Below are positions 1-9,897 of a stretch of 64,000 bases of DNA, piece after piece. The notes beneath the pieces were generated by a model that was not told the origin of the DNA, made no database searches, and saw nothing but the letters and a program-made list of their open reading frames with translations. The position numbers were made by a program, and so were the translations under genes. The DNA is from Spirochaetota bacterium (GTDB lineage: Bacteria; Spirochaetota; UBA4802; UBA5550), in contig JBNKTL010000025.1 in the NCBI GenBank assembly GCA_050298055.1, forward strand, positions 11,538-75,537, given 5' to 3'. How positions within the stretch are numbered: position 1 is the first letter of the stretch; the number at the start of each line of letters is the position of its first letter.

Positions 1-550
1 TTGCCTTTTCAGTGAGTTCTGTTGTAAATGCCTGGAGTATCTTTGAGTCCTTCTTTGTTTCTTCCTCCTGCAGTTCTTCATCCTCGTCGATAAATTCATC
101 ACCATTCAGCTCATTCTCTCCGGGCAAAAGAGGAACGCCGTGGGAAATATAGTTGAGGAGGCTGTACTTTGTTATCCCTTCACTCTGGAGGAAATAAGCG
201 GCGTACGAATCCTTTTCATCAAAAATGGCCACGTAAACATCTCCGAGATCCAGCTCTTCCTTTTCTGCTGATGTCGTATGCCATATTGCCTTCTCCATAA
301 TATTCTGGAATCCAACAGACTGGATAGGCTCACCCTCTTCGACAACAGGTATCTTTTCTTTAAAATAATCTTCAATATTTGAGAGAAGATTGCTTACATC
401 ACCGCCAACGTTCTCAATAATTTTTTTTCCTTCGTTGTTATGAAGTGCCGCATAGAGAACATGTTCAGGAGTAAGAAACTCATGTTTTTTATCCTGTGCT
501 TCATTGAAAGCAGCCATCAGGACTTTGTTTAATTCTTCGTTAATCTTCAT
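1..550 (-). CDS. clpA: ATP-dependent Clp protease ATPase subunit ClpA, N-terminal part (runs off the window edge)
   Basis: Manual translation from ATG at 550: MKINEELNKVLMAAFNEAQDKKHEFLTPEHVLYAALH, a Clp N-domain; lies directly downstream of clpS. Absent from the ORF track because it is truncated. Confidence 0.9.
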   Translation of the reverse strand, partial: MKINEELNKVLMAAFNEAQDKKHEFLTPEHVLYAALHNNEGKKIIENVGGDVSNLLSNIEDYFKEKIPVVEEGEPIQSVGFQNIMEKAIWHTTSAEKEELDLGDVYVAIFDEKDSYAAYFLQSEGITKYSLLNYISHGVPLLPGENELNGDEFIDEDEELQEEETKKDSKILQAFTTELTEKA

Positions 551-601
551 AACAGTCTTTTTTATCCGTAGAGATCCAAAATATAATTAAGGAAATTTCC
601 T

Positions 602-925
602 TTATACCTCCTCACAGGAGGATTTTAACGGGAAATCTCTCTCCCTGGCCATTTGATGGACCTGGTTGATTTTTGTTACGGCAATATCGTAACTGTAGAT
701 TCCGCATAAACCTTTTCCTTTTTTATGGACATTGAGCATTATTTCAGTTGCCTTTGCCGCATTCATATGAAATATCTTCATTAAGACTTCAATAACAAAG
801 TCCATTGTGGTATAGTGATCGTTATGCAGAATAACCCGGTACATTTTCGGTTCATCAAGTTTTTGCTCTTCTTTTAATTCCAGGTCACCGTCGAATATAT
901 TATCATAATCGGATTTACTTCCCAT
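602..925 (-). CDS. clpS: ClpAP adaptor protein ClpS
   Basis: PKMYRVILHNDHYTTMDFV...MLNVHKKGKG..G.Y...IA.TK...FPL motifs; GGAGGA upstream favours ATG at 925 (ORF track gives 931). Confidence 0.95.
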   Translation of the reverse strand: MGSKSDYDNIFDGDLELKEEQKLDEPKMYRVILHNDHYTTMDFVIEVLMKIFHMNAAKATEIMLNVHKKGKGLCGIYSYDIAVTKINQVHQMARERDFPLKSSCEEV

Positions 926-1006
926 TAACATCCTCCATTATGCATATATTCTCCCGCATTTGAATAATATTGAGATAAGTATTTATTTTCAACTTTTTTT
1001 CCTTTG

Positions 1007-1624
1007 TTATTTGTGAAAATGCTCCATTATTGCTTGAGCCATCAGCCTGTATCCTTCATCTGTGGGATGGACCATATCTGTTTGTACAAGATTGGAAAAG
1101 TCATAGCCCTCTGTCAACTTTCTTTCCCAGTATCGGTGTACTTCAACCAGCGGCAGGCCTTCGTTTTTTGAGATTTCTGAGAGTACCCGGTAGTATTTAT
1201 TAATGCGGTTATTTTCTTTTTCATTGTTGAGTAAAACAGAAGTCATAAGGAGAATTTCTGATTCTGTTTTTTCTCTGATAACCTTAATCATTTCATGTAT
1301 ATTGTCACGGTAATTTTCAGGTGAATATCCTGTATATGCATCGTTGAGGGCAAACTGGATGAAAACCAGGTCCGGTTCGCTCTCCAGTACATCACGCTTA
1401 AGCCTTCTTCTGCCGTCAGCCGCGGTATCTCCGGGAATTCCCCTGTTTATTATCATTACCCGGTTTCCCGGAAACCTGATTTCAAGCATTTCTTGCAGAA
1501 ATTTCAGATAACCTTTCTCGACCATCCATCCATATGTTAACGAATCACCAAAGGCTACAAAATTGAGACTATTACCCTGTCTTAACCCGGTAAGTGTTTT
1601 TTCCAGTTTCATATTTTCCTTCAA
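1007..1624 (-). CDS. SGNH/GDSL hydrolase family protein
   Basis: FGDSLT, NRGIPG, FALND and DMVHP blocks. Confidence 0.9.
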   Translation of the reverse strand: MKENMKLEKTLTGLRQGNSLNFVAFGDSLTYGWMVEKGYLKFLQEMLEIRFPGNRVMIINRGIPGDTAADGRRRLKRDVLESEPDLVFIQFALNDAYTGYSPENYRDNIHEMIKVIREKTESEILLMTSVLLNNEKENNRINKYYRVLSEISKNEGLPLVEVHRYWERKLTEGYDFSNLVQTDMVHPTDEGYRLMAQAIMEHFHK

Positions 1625-1676
1625 CCATAATATGTTTCTCTTTATATATATAGCTGAGCAGTTACAACGATATTTT

Positions 1677-1773
1677 GTAACTGCCCGGCCATCTATGAAT
1701 AATTATATTCATCATAATTAATATGTCCCCGCCGTCCAAGGCGGCGGGGACATATTGTTGATATTTTAGTAAA
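1677..1773. mobile_element. MITE-like repeat, copy A (right end degenerate)
   Basis: Left end GTAACTGCCCGGC; central palindrome AATATGTCCCCGCCG-N7-CGGCGGGGACATATT (1720-1756); following TGTTGATATTTTAGTAAA matches the copies at 15254-15393 and 59550-59688. Confidence 0.7.
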
Positions 1774-2044
1774 TAAATGCATTTTTCAATGAATTATCAG
1801 TTTTTTATAAATGAGAAAAAAATATTTGATTACAAGTCATTTATGTTGTAAATAATTGAGAAACTCCTTTGAATTTCCTTTATTAAAAATAATTCACATA
1901 TTTATTTTAAAGTAGTTAATTTTTTTTAGTAAATTTTTAATATTATCATTGATTTAATAGTTATCTTTTTGTATAATTTTATAATATTTCCATTTGGTGA
2001 GGATAATATAATATTTATGAGCAACAGTTATTCCGGGGGGATGT

Positions 2045-2551
2045 ATGAAAATTGAAATCACCATACTCGGCCTTTTAATGGAGAGAAATCTTTACGGTTA
2101 TGAAATAAAAAAGAAGATTGTTGAAAAACTTGAAGATTATGTAGATATCAAGTTTGGCTCAATTTACTATGCCATAAAAAAAGCAGTCAGCAATGGATGG
2201 GTAAGAAGAGTTGGTACGGAGAAGGAGAGCGGGAATCCTGAAAGATATGTCTATGAGATTCTTCCTGTAGGAAAAAAGCATTATAAGAAACTTCTCAAAC
2301 AGTTTTTTGATCAGAACATGATCCATTTTAATATTGATATCGTTCTGATGTTCCTTAATTTTCTCAGTGAAGAGCAGAGAGCACAGTTCGTTGAAGAGAG
2401 AACTGAGCTTATAAAAGAAAAACTCGATGCTATCAGGGAAAAAATCTCCAGGGAAAAGGGAGCGGATAATGAGATGTCAAACTACTTTGTTCTCTCTTAT
2501 ATTGAACAGCACCTGAAAGCAGAACTTTCCTGGTTAAAAACCATTGACTAA
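2045..2551 (+). CDS. PadR family transcriptional regulator
   Basis: ILGLL...YGYEIKK...GSIY...GW...PER.VYEI...G winged-helix pattern. Confidence 0.9.
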   Translation: MKIEITILGLLMERNLYGYEIKKKIVEKLEDYVDIKFGSIYYAIKKAVSNGWVRRVGTEKESGNPERYVYEILPVGKKHYKKLLKQFFDQNMIHFNIDIVLMFLNFLSEEQRAQFVEERTELIKEKLDAIREKISREKGADNEMSNYFVLSYIEQHLKAELSWLKTID

Positions 2552-3592
2552 ATCATCAAGAAAGTCTGCCTTTTTTTTCAGCCTGATTTCCTCAACTTTT
2601 TCTTTCAGATATCTGAGATCTTTTTCAGCCCTGTCAAATTCGGAATTTAAGCGTTCATTTTTATTTTCTTCACTGAAGTTTTTCTCTACCAGAGACTGGT
2701 TTGTGGATTCAATCCTCACAATATTGTAGTTATGTTTTTTTGCAAGGGAACAGGCAATGTCCTTGAGAAGGGAGGTCTGTTCTTTTGACATCTCCTTGAG
2801 AGAACTTCGTGAAATTTTTGAAATGACAACATTGTTTTTTGCGGTAAGCGTTGCTGTTCTTTTTTCGCCCAGGAGAAGGGCCATCTCTCCAAAAACAGTT
2901 CCCGATTCTTCTATTGTGGCCACTTTATTCCCGTTAACCGCAACATCAATAGAACCGCTGTTGAGAATGTACATCTCATCACCACAGGTATTTTCTTCAC
3001 AGATAATGGAACTCCTGGGGTATTCCACCATCTTGTCAGAGAGATTGTGTGTGTCTGAAATCTTTGTAGGTTCGGAGGATTTGGAGAATGCTTCCCCCTT
3101 TTTATACGAAAGGGTGGTCTCATAGTCATTTAAAATTTCTCTGAGCCATTGCAGTTTCCTTTTATCATATTCCTCCCTGAGTTTAGTAAGTATTAAATAG
3201 AACTCAATGAGCATCTCTCTTGTCCTATTGGCTTTTCCCGTAAGGTCATTTATATTTTTATGGATGATATTATTAGTGAGTAAGACCTGTTTTGCTATTA
3301 CAATGGAGGTATTGAGTGCAAATGAATAGATATTCATTCCATTGATGAATTTATCCGTGGATATTTTTTTTATCTTGCTTTCCCGGTCCGTTACTGCAGT
3401 TTCAAGCCTGTTTGTTCTCATTCCCAGCAACCTGCTGAGTATCAGTTCTGTTGCTCCTATTATGAGGTTTTTTCCCCTTATTACGTACTTGTCCATCTCG
3501 GATACAAAAAAGTAAACATTCCCTTCATTGAGAAGGTATACAGAATCAGGTTCTGATGTGCCGCTGTAGAGTTTGATATAGTTCTGGTTCAT
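2534..3592 (-). CDS. Cyclic nucleotide-binding domain protein (degenerate N-terminal CNB, canonical C-terminal CNB)
   Basis: GDEMYILNSG...VFGEMALLLGEKRTAT motif; N-terminal VYLLNEG...IIGATEL...RLETA is a second CNB-like copy. Start set to ATG 3592, just after the upstream receiver gene. Confidence 0.8.
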   Translation of the reverse strand: MNQNYIKLYSGTSEPDSVYLLNEGNVYFFVSEMDKYVIRGKNLIIGATELILSRLLGMRTNRLETAVTDRESKIKKISTDKFINGMNIYSFALNTSIVIAKQVLLTNNIIHKNINDLTGKANRTREMLIEFYLILTKLREEYDKRKLQWLREILNDYETTLSYKKGEAFSKSSEPTKISDTHNLSDKMVEYPRSSIICEENTCGDEMYILNSGSIDVAVNGNKVATIEESGTVFGEMALLLGEKRTATLTAKNNVVISKISRSSLKEMSKEQTSLLKDIACSLAKKHNYNIVRIESTNQSLVEKNFSEENKNERLNSEFDRAEKDLRYLKEKVEEIRLKKKADFLDDLVNGF

Positions 3593-3602
3593 AATAATAT
3601 TT

Positions 3603-3965
3603 TCACAGAATTTTCTCAATGGTAGCGAGAAGCTTTTCTTTTTCAAAGGGTTTTGTAATATATGCGGAAGGGCTGATACCCTGATCGCTTATTTTTATTG
3701 TATTGTCACTGAGTGCCGATATGATGATTATTTTTGCATTGCTGTCAAATTCCAGGATTTCTCTGATAGTATTTATACCGTCTTTGCCTCCCATTGTTAT
3801 ATCCATTGTGACAAAGTCAGGATTATAGTGCCTGTAACACTCAATGCCGTCAGCCCCATTATCGGCTTCTGCGATAACCTCGTGACCTCCATTTTCCAGG
3901 GTTTCCCGAATTATTCTTCTCATGAACTTAGAATCATCTACTATCAGTGCTTTTCCCATTTTCAA
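3603..3965 (-). CDS. Single-domain response regulator (CheY-like)
   Basis: LIVDDS, TMDITM, ISA and YITKPF receiver motifs; ATG alternative at 3959. Confidence 0.9.
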   Translation of the reverse strand: MKMGKALIVDDSKFMRRIIRETLENGGHEVIAEADNGADGIECYRHYNPDFVTMDITMGGKDGINTIREILEFDSNAKIIIISALSDNTIKISDQGISPSAYITKPFEKEKLLATIEKIL

Positions 3966-4250
3966 TACCTGTTTTATTAATAGAGAGAATCATACTGCAT
4001 ATATGCACAAAATCTCATCTTATATATTAAAGATCTGTTCAATATCACATTTTTATCATGGTTGTTTCATTTAGCAATAACTTTTAAAACAAATTTTGTA
4101 ACTACTCAGATATGCCAATTTTCAACGAAAATTTGTGTAACTGTTGCTTGACAAAAATATACGTACAAAATTATCTTATATCTGACCATAATAATTTTTT
4201 TACTGCAGGGAATAATTATTCGTATTGCCATTAAGCTTACCGAGGAGAAA

Positions 4251-5750
4251 TTGATGAAAGATTTGGATGGTTTTTCAGCAGAAGACCTGTTTACAATGAA
4301 AAAAGGACTGGCATATAATGATTTTATCATATTGCCGGGATTCATAGATTTTTCCGTGGATGATGTTGTCCTGGAATCGAGACTTACCAGGAACATCATA
4401 CTGAAAAGCCCAATGGTCTCAAGCCCAATGGATACGGTAACTGAGTCAGAGATGGCAATCGGAATGGCCCTTCTTGGTGGTATCGGCATAATACACTACA
4501 ATAACAGCATTGAGCAGCAGGTCAATGAGGTCAGGAAAGTCAAAAGATTTGAGAACGGATTTATCAATGACCCCATGGTTCTCTCACCGGGAAATACTAT
4601 CGAGGATATCGATACCATAAAGGAAAAGTACGGATTTTCCGGCATTCCCATAACAGAAGATGGAAAGTTGAATTCAAAGCTCATTGGGATTGTAACAAAC
4701 AGGGACATCGATTTTGAAACTGACAGGGGAAAAAAACTCTCCGAAGTAATGACAACCGATCTTCTTACCGCCAAACAGGGGATCTCTCTTGCCGAAGCTA
4801 ACAATATCCTGAAAACTTCTAAAAAGGGGAAGCTTCCCATTGTCAATGATAAGGGGAGGCTTGTTGCCCTTATGAGCAGGAGCGACCTTTTGAAAAACAG
4901 GGAGTACCCCAAAGCATCGAAAGATGATGAAAAACAACTCCTGGTCGGTGCGGCAATTTCTACAAAACAGGAAGCCAGGGAGAGGCTGGATGCTCTCCAT
5001 GAAGCCGGGGTTGATGTTGTTATCATCGATTCCGCCCAGGGAAACTCGGTCTTTCAGATCGATATGATAAAGCACATCAAGAAGAAATACCCGGACATTG
5101 AAGTCATCGGCGGAAATGTGGTAACAGAGGAGCAGTGTGAAAGCCTTATAAAGGCAGGTGCTGACGGCCTCAGGATCGGGATGGGTCCCGGTTCCATCTG
5201 TACCACCCAGACGACCATGTCTGTGGGGCGGTCACAGGCTACGGCTGTTTTCAGGACCGCCAGGTACTCCAGGAAGCACAACATTCCTGTCATTGCAGAC
5301 GGGGGGATCTCGACAATAGGGCACATCTCCAAGGCCCTTGCTCTGGGCGCGTCAACGGTGATGATGGGTTCCATGTTTGCCGGTACAGCCGAGGCCCCGG
5401 GCGAGTATTTTTACGAGAAGGGTGTACGCCTCAAGAAGTACAGGGGGATGGCTTCCCAGGAGGCAATGGAGGTGGGAGGTTCCAAGAGGTATTTTGCCGA
5501 AGATGTCGCCATCCGGGTGGCACAGGGGGTCTCCGGGGCCGTTGTTGACAAAGGATCTCTCTTCGATTACCTCCCCTATATCATTCAGGGGATTAACCAT
5601 TCATTCCAGGACATAGGTGTACGGGATGTGAAGACCCTCCATGAGAGAAGTTATTCGGGGGAGCTCCGGTTTGAACTCCGCTCAACCTCGGCGCAGCTTG
5701 AGGGGGGTGTCCACGATATGCACTCCTATAATGAACCGAAGTATATGTAG
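4251..5750 (+). CDS. guaB: IMP dehydrogenase with CBS subdomain, eukaryote-like type
   Basis: [15 protein letters not shown], catalytic [25 protein letters not shown]. Confidence 0.97.
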   Translation: MMKDLDGFSAEDLFTMKKGLAYNDFIILPGFIDFSVDDVVLESRLTRNIILKSPMVSSPMDTVTESEMAIGMALLGGIGIIHYNNSIEQQVNEVRKVKRFENGFINDPMVLSPGNTIEDIDTIKEKYGFSGIPITEDGKLNSKLIGIVTNRDIDFETDRGKKLSEVMTTDLLTAKQGISLAEANNILKTSKKGKLPIVNDKGRLVALMSRSDLLKNREYPKASKDDEKQLLVGAAISTKQEARERLDALHEAGVDVVIIDSAQGNSVFQIDMIKHIKKKYPDIEVIGGNVVTEEQCESLIKAGADGLRIGMGPGSICTTQTTMSVGRSQATAVFRTARYSRKHNIPVIADGGISTIGHISKALALGASTVMMGSMFAGTAEAPGEYFYEKGVRLKKYRGMASQEAMEVGGSKRYFAEDVAIRVAQGVSGAVVDKGSLFDYLPYIIQGINHSFQDIGVRDVKTLHERSYSGELRFELRSTSAQLEGGVHDMHSYNEPKYM

Positions 5751-6196
5751 TGAACGACATCGATTTCATGAAAATCGCCCTTAAAGAAGCCGAAGCAGGG
5801 TATAAAAGAGGTGAGGTCCCGGTGGGAGCGGTTCTCGTAAAGGAGGGAGAGGTCATTGCCAGGGCCGGAAACAGGAACCGGGAGATGAACAGTCCCCTCC
5901 TCCACGGGGAGATGATCGTAATCAAGGAGGGGTCAGAGCACTTCTCCAATGAAAGACTCACCGGGTGTGAGCTCTATGTGACCAAGGAGCCCTGCTCCAT
6001 GTGTGCCGGGGCCATTGTCCATGCCCGGATATCCCGGGTGATCATCGGGGCCGGGGACAGCAGGTACGGGGCCTGCGGGACGGCGCTCTCTGTCTGCGGA
6101 AACCGGGTACTTAACCATGTGCCTGAGTTGGTTTTCGGTATCCTTGAGGAAGAGGCTGCCGGTTTATTAAGGGAGTTCTTCCGTGAAAGGCGGTAA
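5750..6196 (+). CDS. tadA: tRNA adenosine(34) deaminase
   Basis: GEVPVGAV, HGE and EPCSMCAGA zinc-binding motifs. Confidence 0.9.
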   Translation: MNDIDFMKIALKEAEAGYKRGEVPVGAVLVKEGEVIARAGNRNREMNSPLLHGEMIVIKEGSEHFSNERLTGCELYVTKEPCSMCAGAIVHARISRVIIGAGDSRYGACGTALSVCGNRVLNHVPELVFGILEEEAAGLLREFFRERR

Positions 6197-6371
6197 AACC
6201 ACCTCTTCAGGGGATATCTGACTTCTACTCATTTTTTTTAACCACCAAGACGCAGAGATTAAGATAATGTTAAATATTGAATTTTAAATATGGGAATCTC
6301 TACACCCTTAAAATGAAAATTTAATAAAAAAATAATCTTGATTAATAGTTCGGTAATACAATTCTATCGCC

Positions 6372-7340
6372 ATGCCTGTGTACAAAGCTACAGATGAAAA
6401 CATCGCCAGGGCCGCGGAGATTATCCGGTCAGGGGGCCTTGTCTCGTTTCCTACCGAGACGGTCTACGGCCTGGGCGCAGATGCCCTGAACCCTGTCTCC
6501 GTTGCGCGGATATTCCAGGTGAAGGAGCGGCCCTTTTTCGATCCCCTGATCGTGCACCTTGCGGATTTATCGGAGCTTGGAACTGCTGCACGGGAGATTG
6601 CGCCGGCAGCGAAGATTCTCGCCGAAAAGTTCTGGCCGGGACCGCTGACACTGGTACTTCCCCGGCGGGAGAGGATCCCCGATATTGTAACTTCGGGACT
6701 TGATACCGTAGCCTGCAGGGTCCCTTCTCATCCCGTGGCCCGGAAACTCATAAGCCTTTCGGAAACACTTATCGCCGCTCCCAGTGCGAATCCTTTCGGT
6801 TACCTGAGTCCAACCCGGGCTGAGCATGTGGAGAGCCAGCTGGGCGGAAAGATTGAAATGGTTCTTGATGGAGGTCCCTCTCCTGTGGGTGTAGAATCTA
6901 CAATAGTCAAGATAGAGAATGATGAGATCTCCCTGCTCCGGCCGGGAGGTATTCCCGTTGAAGAGATTGAAAAGGTTGCGGGAAAAATCAGGAAAATGAA
7001 GGACACCATAACAAATCCTGAATCTCCGGGTCAGCTTGATTATCACTATTCTCCCTCAAAAAGAGTGAAAATAATGAAGGATATCGATTTCAGTGATCAG
7101 AATGCCTGCTTTCTTCTCTATAAGGTGCCGGATGGGAGCTATCCGAAAGAGAAAACGGTATTTCTCTCCCGTGAAGGGAACCTTGTTGAAGCTGCGGCAA
7201 ACCTCTTCACGCACCTTCATGCGCTTGACAAACGTAATTGTTCGGTTATAATAGCCGAAGAGATGCCTCAGAAAGGGCTTGGCCGTGCCATTATGGACCG
7301 TCTGATAAAGGCATCGAAGAAAACAGATGAACCGGAGTAA
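6372..7340 (+). CDS. sua5: L-threonylcarbamoyladenylate synthase, Sua5-type
   Basis: FPTETVYGLG, K.RP..DPLIVH, APSAN, GVEST, plus C-terminal SUA5 domain (SPGQL..HYSP). Confidence 0.95.
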   Translation: MPVYKATDENIARAAEIIRSGGLVSFPTETVYGLGADALNPVSVARIFQVKERPFFDPLIVHLADLSELGTAAREIAPAAKILAEKFWPGPLTLVLPRRERIPDIVTSGLDTVACRVPSHPVARKLISLSETLIAAPSANPFGYLSPTRAEHVESQLGGKIEMVLDGGPSPVGVESTIVKIENDEISLLRPGGIPVEEIEKVAGKIRKMKDTITNPESPGQLDYHYSPSKRVKIMKDIDFSDQNACFLLYKVPDGSYPKEKTVFLSREGNLVEAAANLFTHLHALDKRNCSVIIAEEMPQKGLGRAIMDRLIKASKKTDEPE

Positions 7341-7342
7341 AA

Positions 7343-8131
7343 ATGGAACATGAAAATCTTTTCAGGAATGGTGAGAAATTCAGGGACTCTATTGCAGGGG
7401 GCTTTTATGCTTTCTTCAGGTCTTTTGGTGTGGTTAAAGAGCAGAAGGGGCTAACCGGATATTTTATCATACCCTTTCTCCTTAATATTATCATACTCTC
7501 TTCGATTTTTTTCTTTTCATACTACTTTATGAAGCCGTGGCTTATGGAAATATTTGCCGGTGATTCATGGTATCTCAACCTTGTCAGGTTTCTCATCAAG
7601 CCGCTGCTCATGGGAGCGCTCTTTTTCCTGACGATTATTCTCTATTCAATAGTGGGAAGTATCGTAACATCACCCTTTAATGATTTACTTTCTCAAAAGG
7701 TGGAAGAGAAGATCACCGGCGCTGATTTTAATGAAAAGTTTTCTCTGACCATATTTATTACTGATATTGTGCGTATTGCTTCAAACATGATAAAGATGCT
7801 TTCCCTGATAATTATACTCAATATGGTTCTTTTGGTTATTAACCTTGTCCCGGTTGCCGGAAACATAATTTACTCGGTTCTCGGTTTTCTTGTTACGGCG
7901 TTTTTTCTCGGGTTCCAGTTCTTTGACTTTCCCCTTGAAAGGAGAAAGTATCGTTTCAAAGAGAAGCTGAGGGTGGGGATCCGGTTTAAATTCCAGGTTA
8001 TCGGGCTGGGGGCTGCATTCTTCATTGTCTCCTTTGTTCCCCTGGTGGGATTTATGGGTCTTAACTGCGGCACCATTGGTGCGACCCTGCTTTTTATTGA
8101 AAACATTAAACCGGTTTTAAAAAAAGATTAA
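7343..8131 (+). CDS. EI24/CysZ family membrane protein
   Basis: Multiple TM helices; IIPFLLN and SPFNDLLSQKVE motifs typical of CysZ/EI24. Confidence 0.8.
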   Translation: MEHENLFRNGEKFRDSIAGGFYAFFRSFGVVKEQKGLTGYFIIPFLLNIIILSSIFFFSYYFMKPWLMEIFAGDSWYLNLVRFLIKPLLMGALFFLTIILYSIVGSIVTSPFNDLLSQKVEEKITGADFNEKFSLTIFITDIVRIASNMIKMLSLIIILNMVLLVINLVPVAGNIIYSVLGFLVTAFFLGFQFFDFPLERRKYRFKEKLRVGIRFKFQVIGLGAAFFIVSFVPLVGFMGLNCGTIGATLLFIENIKPVLKKD

Positions 8132-8145
8132 ATCTTTCCCGGGAC

Positions 8146-8781
8146 ATGAAAAAAATAAGCAAACCTCTTTTTATTGTTTTCGAAGGAATTGACGGTTCGG
8201 GAAAAACAACCCAGTCTGAGATGCTATACAGGGACTTCCTTGATAACGAAATTGAGTGCCGGTGGATGATGGAGCCGACCGAGGGCCAGTGGGGAAGAAA
8301 GATCAGGGAGATCCTGAGGGGAGAGGAGATGCCCGGTGCCGAAGAAATGCTGAGGCTCTTTATCCTGGACAGGGAAGATGATGTGGATAAAAACATCATT
8401 CCCAGTATAAACAGAAATATTCATGTCATACTGGACCGCTACTACTATTCCAATGCGGCCTACCAGGGAGCAATGGGGCTTTCTCCGGAGGAAATAATCC
8501 GTGAAAACAGAAAAATGAATTTCCCCGAACCGGACCGCGTATACTTTATTGATGTAACACCGGAAATTGCCCTTGAAAGACTTGCCGCGAGAAACAGTGA
8601 AGGCGGGAGGGAGCTTTTTGAAAGAAGCGCCTTTCTCAAAAAAGTCAGGGATATCTACCATCAGCTTGCCGGGGAGAATTTTCTCATAGTTGACGGATCG
8701 GGGAGCATTGATGATATCTTTAAAACGATTAAAGAAGACTGGATGAAACTTTTTGACCGGAAAAATGAAACCTCATTCTGA
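8146..8781 (+). CDS. tmk: Thymidylate kinase
   Basis: FIVFEGIDGSGKTTQ P-loop; ILDRYYYSNAAYQG. Confidence 0.95.
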   Translation: MKKISKPLFIVFEGIDGSGKTTQSEMLYRDFLDNEIECRWMMEPTEGQWGRKIREILRGEEMPGAEEMLRLFILDREDDVDKNIIPSINRNIHVILDRYYYSNAAYQGAMGLSPEEIIRENRKMNFPEPDRVYFIDVTPEIALERLAARNSEGGRELFERSAFLKKVRDIYHQLAGENFLIVDGSGSIDDIFKTIKEDWMKLFDRKNETSF

Positions 8782-8886
8782 AAAAAAAGACCAATTGATA
8801 AGCAGAGATATAATGCTTGACTAATCAGCGGGATTTTTAATGGTATTATTTCTGCAATATGATTTTTATTTGAGGATAATGAAACG

Positions 8887-9159
8887 ATGAGTGATAAAAT
8901 TAAAGCGCACCATGTTCTCCCTGCAAATACAAAGGCATTCACCTGCGCAAAGTGCGGTGCCGTGTCCCTCTCTTCCGACGGTGTCTGTGAAGTCATGGGT
9001 ACGGCAACCAAAGGTGAATGGTGCGGAATTGAGCACAGGTATCATCCGAGTAAATGCAAAACAGGAATGAACAATGAGAGGTTCAAGTGCGGGAAGTGCG
9101 GCCAGGTATCCATAAATCCGGAGCTTTTATGTGAGCCCGAAAAAATGGAAAAGGAATAG
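8887..9159 (+). CDS. Small Cys-rich putative metal-binding protein with an internal duplication
   Basis: FTCAKCGAVS......VCE and FKCGKCGQVS......LCE repeats. Confidence 0.7.
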   Translation: MSDKIKAHHVLPANTKAFTCAKCGAVSLSSDGVCEVMGTATKGEWCGIEHRYHPSKCKTGMNNERFKCGKCGQVSINPELLCEPEKMEKE

Positions 9160-9291
9160 CGATCAAATCCCTTTAATCGTGACGCTGCCTCCATGGTAAA
9201 ATGAGTCATAGAGATGAATATGTATTGACATGAGTTTTTTTTCTCCTAATAATAGAGTATCTGTCTCAAGAGCTCTTAAAAAAAGAGAAGG

Positions 9292-9897
9292 TTGGAGGGG
9301 ACGGTTATGATGGTGAAGAACCTGGCCGATAATCTTGAAAACAAGAAAAAATACCTATTCCTCTCAATAAACAGCAGTTGTCTTCAGTACCTGGAGGGGA
9401 CGAAGTTACTCATTCCGGAAGATGAATCAGAAAGAGGATTATTTCTTAAGAGTTCTGTTTCTTATAAGATTATTCTTGGTGAACCCCTTCTTGAACTTAC
9501 ATCCTTTGAATCTTCAGGGTTCTTTGATGAGAAGTTTGATATGACATTCTCCTTCGGGATGCACTACCTGATGCAGAAAGATTATTTTGTTTACGATTCT
9601 GACGGTCTCAAGAAAGAGGAGATGACACCCATAGACAACCTGATGAAAAAGGTTATTAGACGCAGGGGCAAGTTTGAATATGGTGATGAGCTGATGATAA
9701 AGGAACTTGATCTCAACGATGCCTCGGGAATAATTTTTTTTACAAAGGATGCAAAAGCCAACCTTAAAAATTCCGGAATGGACAGGAAGATCAGGAGGTT
9801 TGATCTCATTAAGGAGAGGTCCGTTTCATTTTCCAATTTTGAAGAGTTTGATAAGAAGATCCGGGATGGGAAGGTCCGTGAATTTGAATGGAACTAG
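9292..9897 (+). CDS. Hypothetical protein
   Basis: 201-aa ORF overlapping the sppA start; no family recognised. Confidence 0.65.
   Translation: MEGTVMMVKNLADNLENKKKYLFLSINSSCLQYLEGTKLLIPEDESERGLFLKSSVSYKIILGEPLLELTSFESSGFFDEKFDMTFSFGMHYLMQKDYFVYDSDGLKKEEMTPIDNLMKKVIRRRGKFEYGDELMIKELDLNDASGIIFFTKDAKANLKNSGMDRKIRRFDLIKERSVSFSNFEEFDKKIRDGKVREFEWN

Noticed and set aside
172..375. 67-aa ORF in the track
   Set aside because: Alternative frame inside clpA (1-550).
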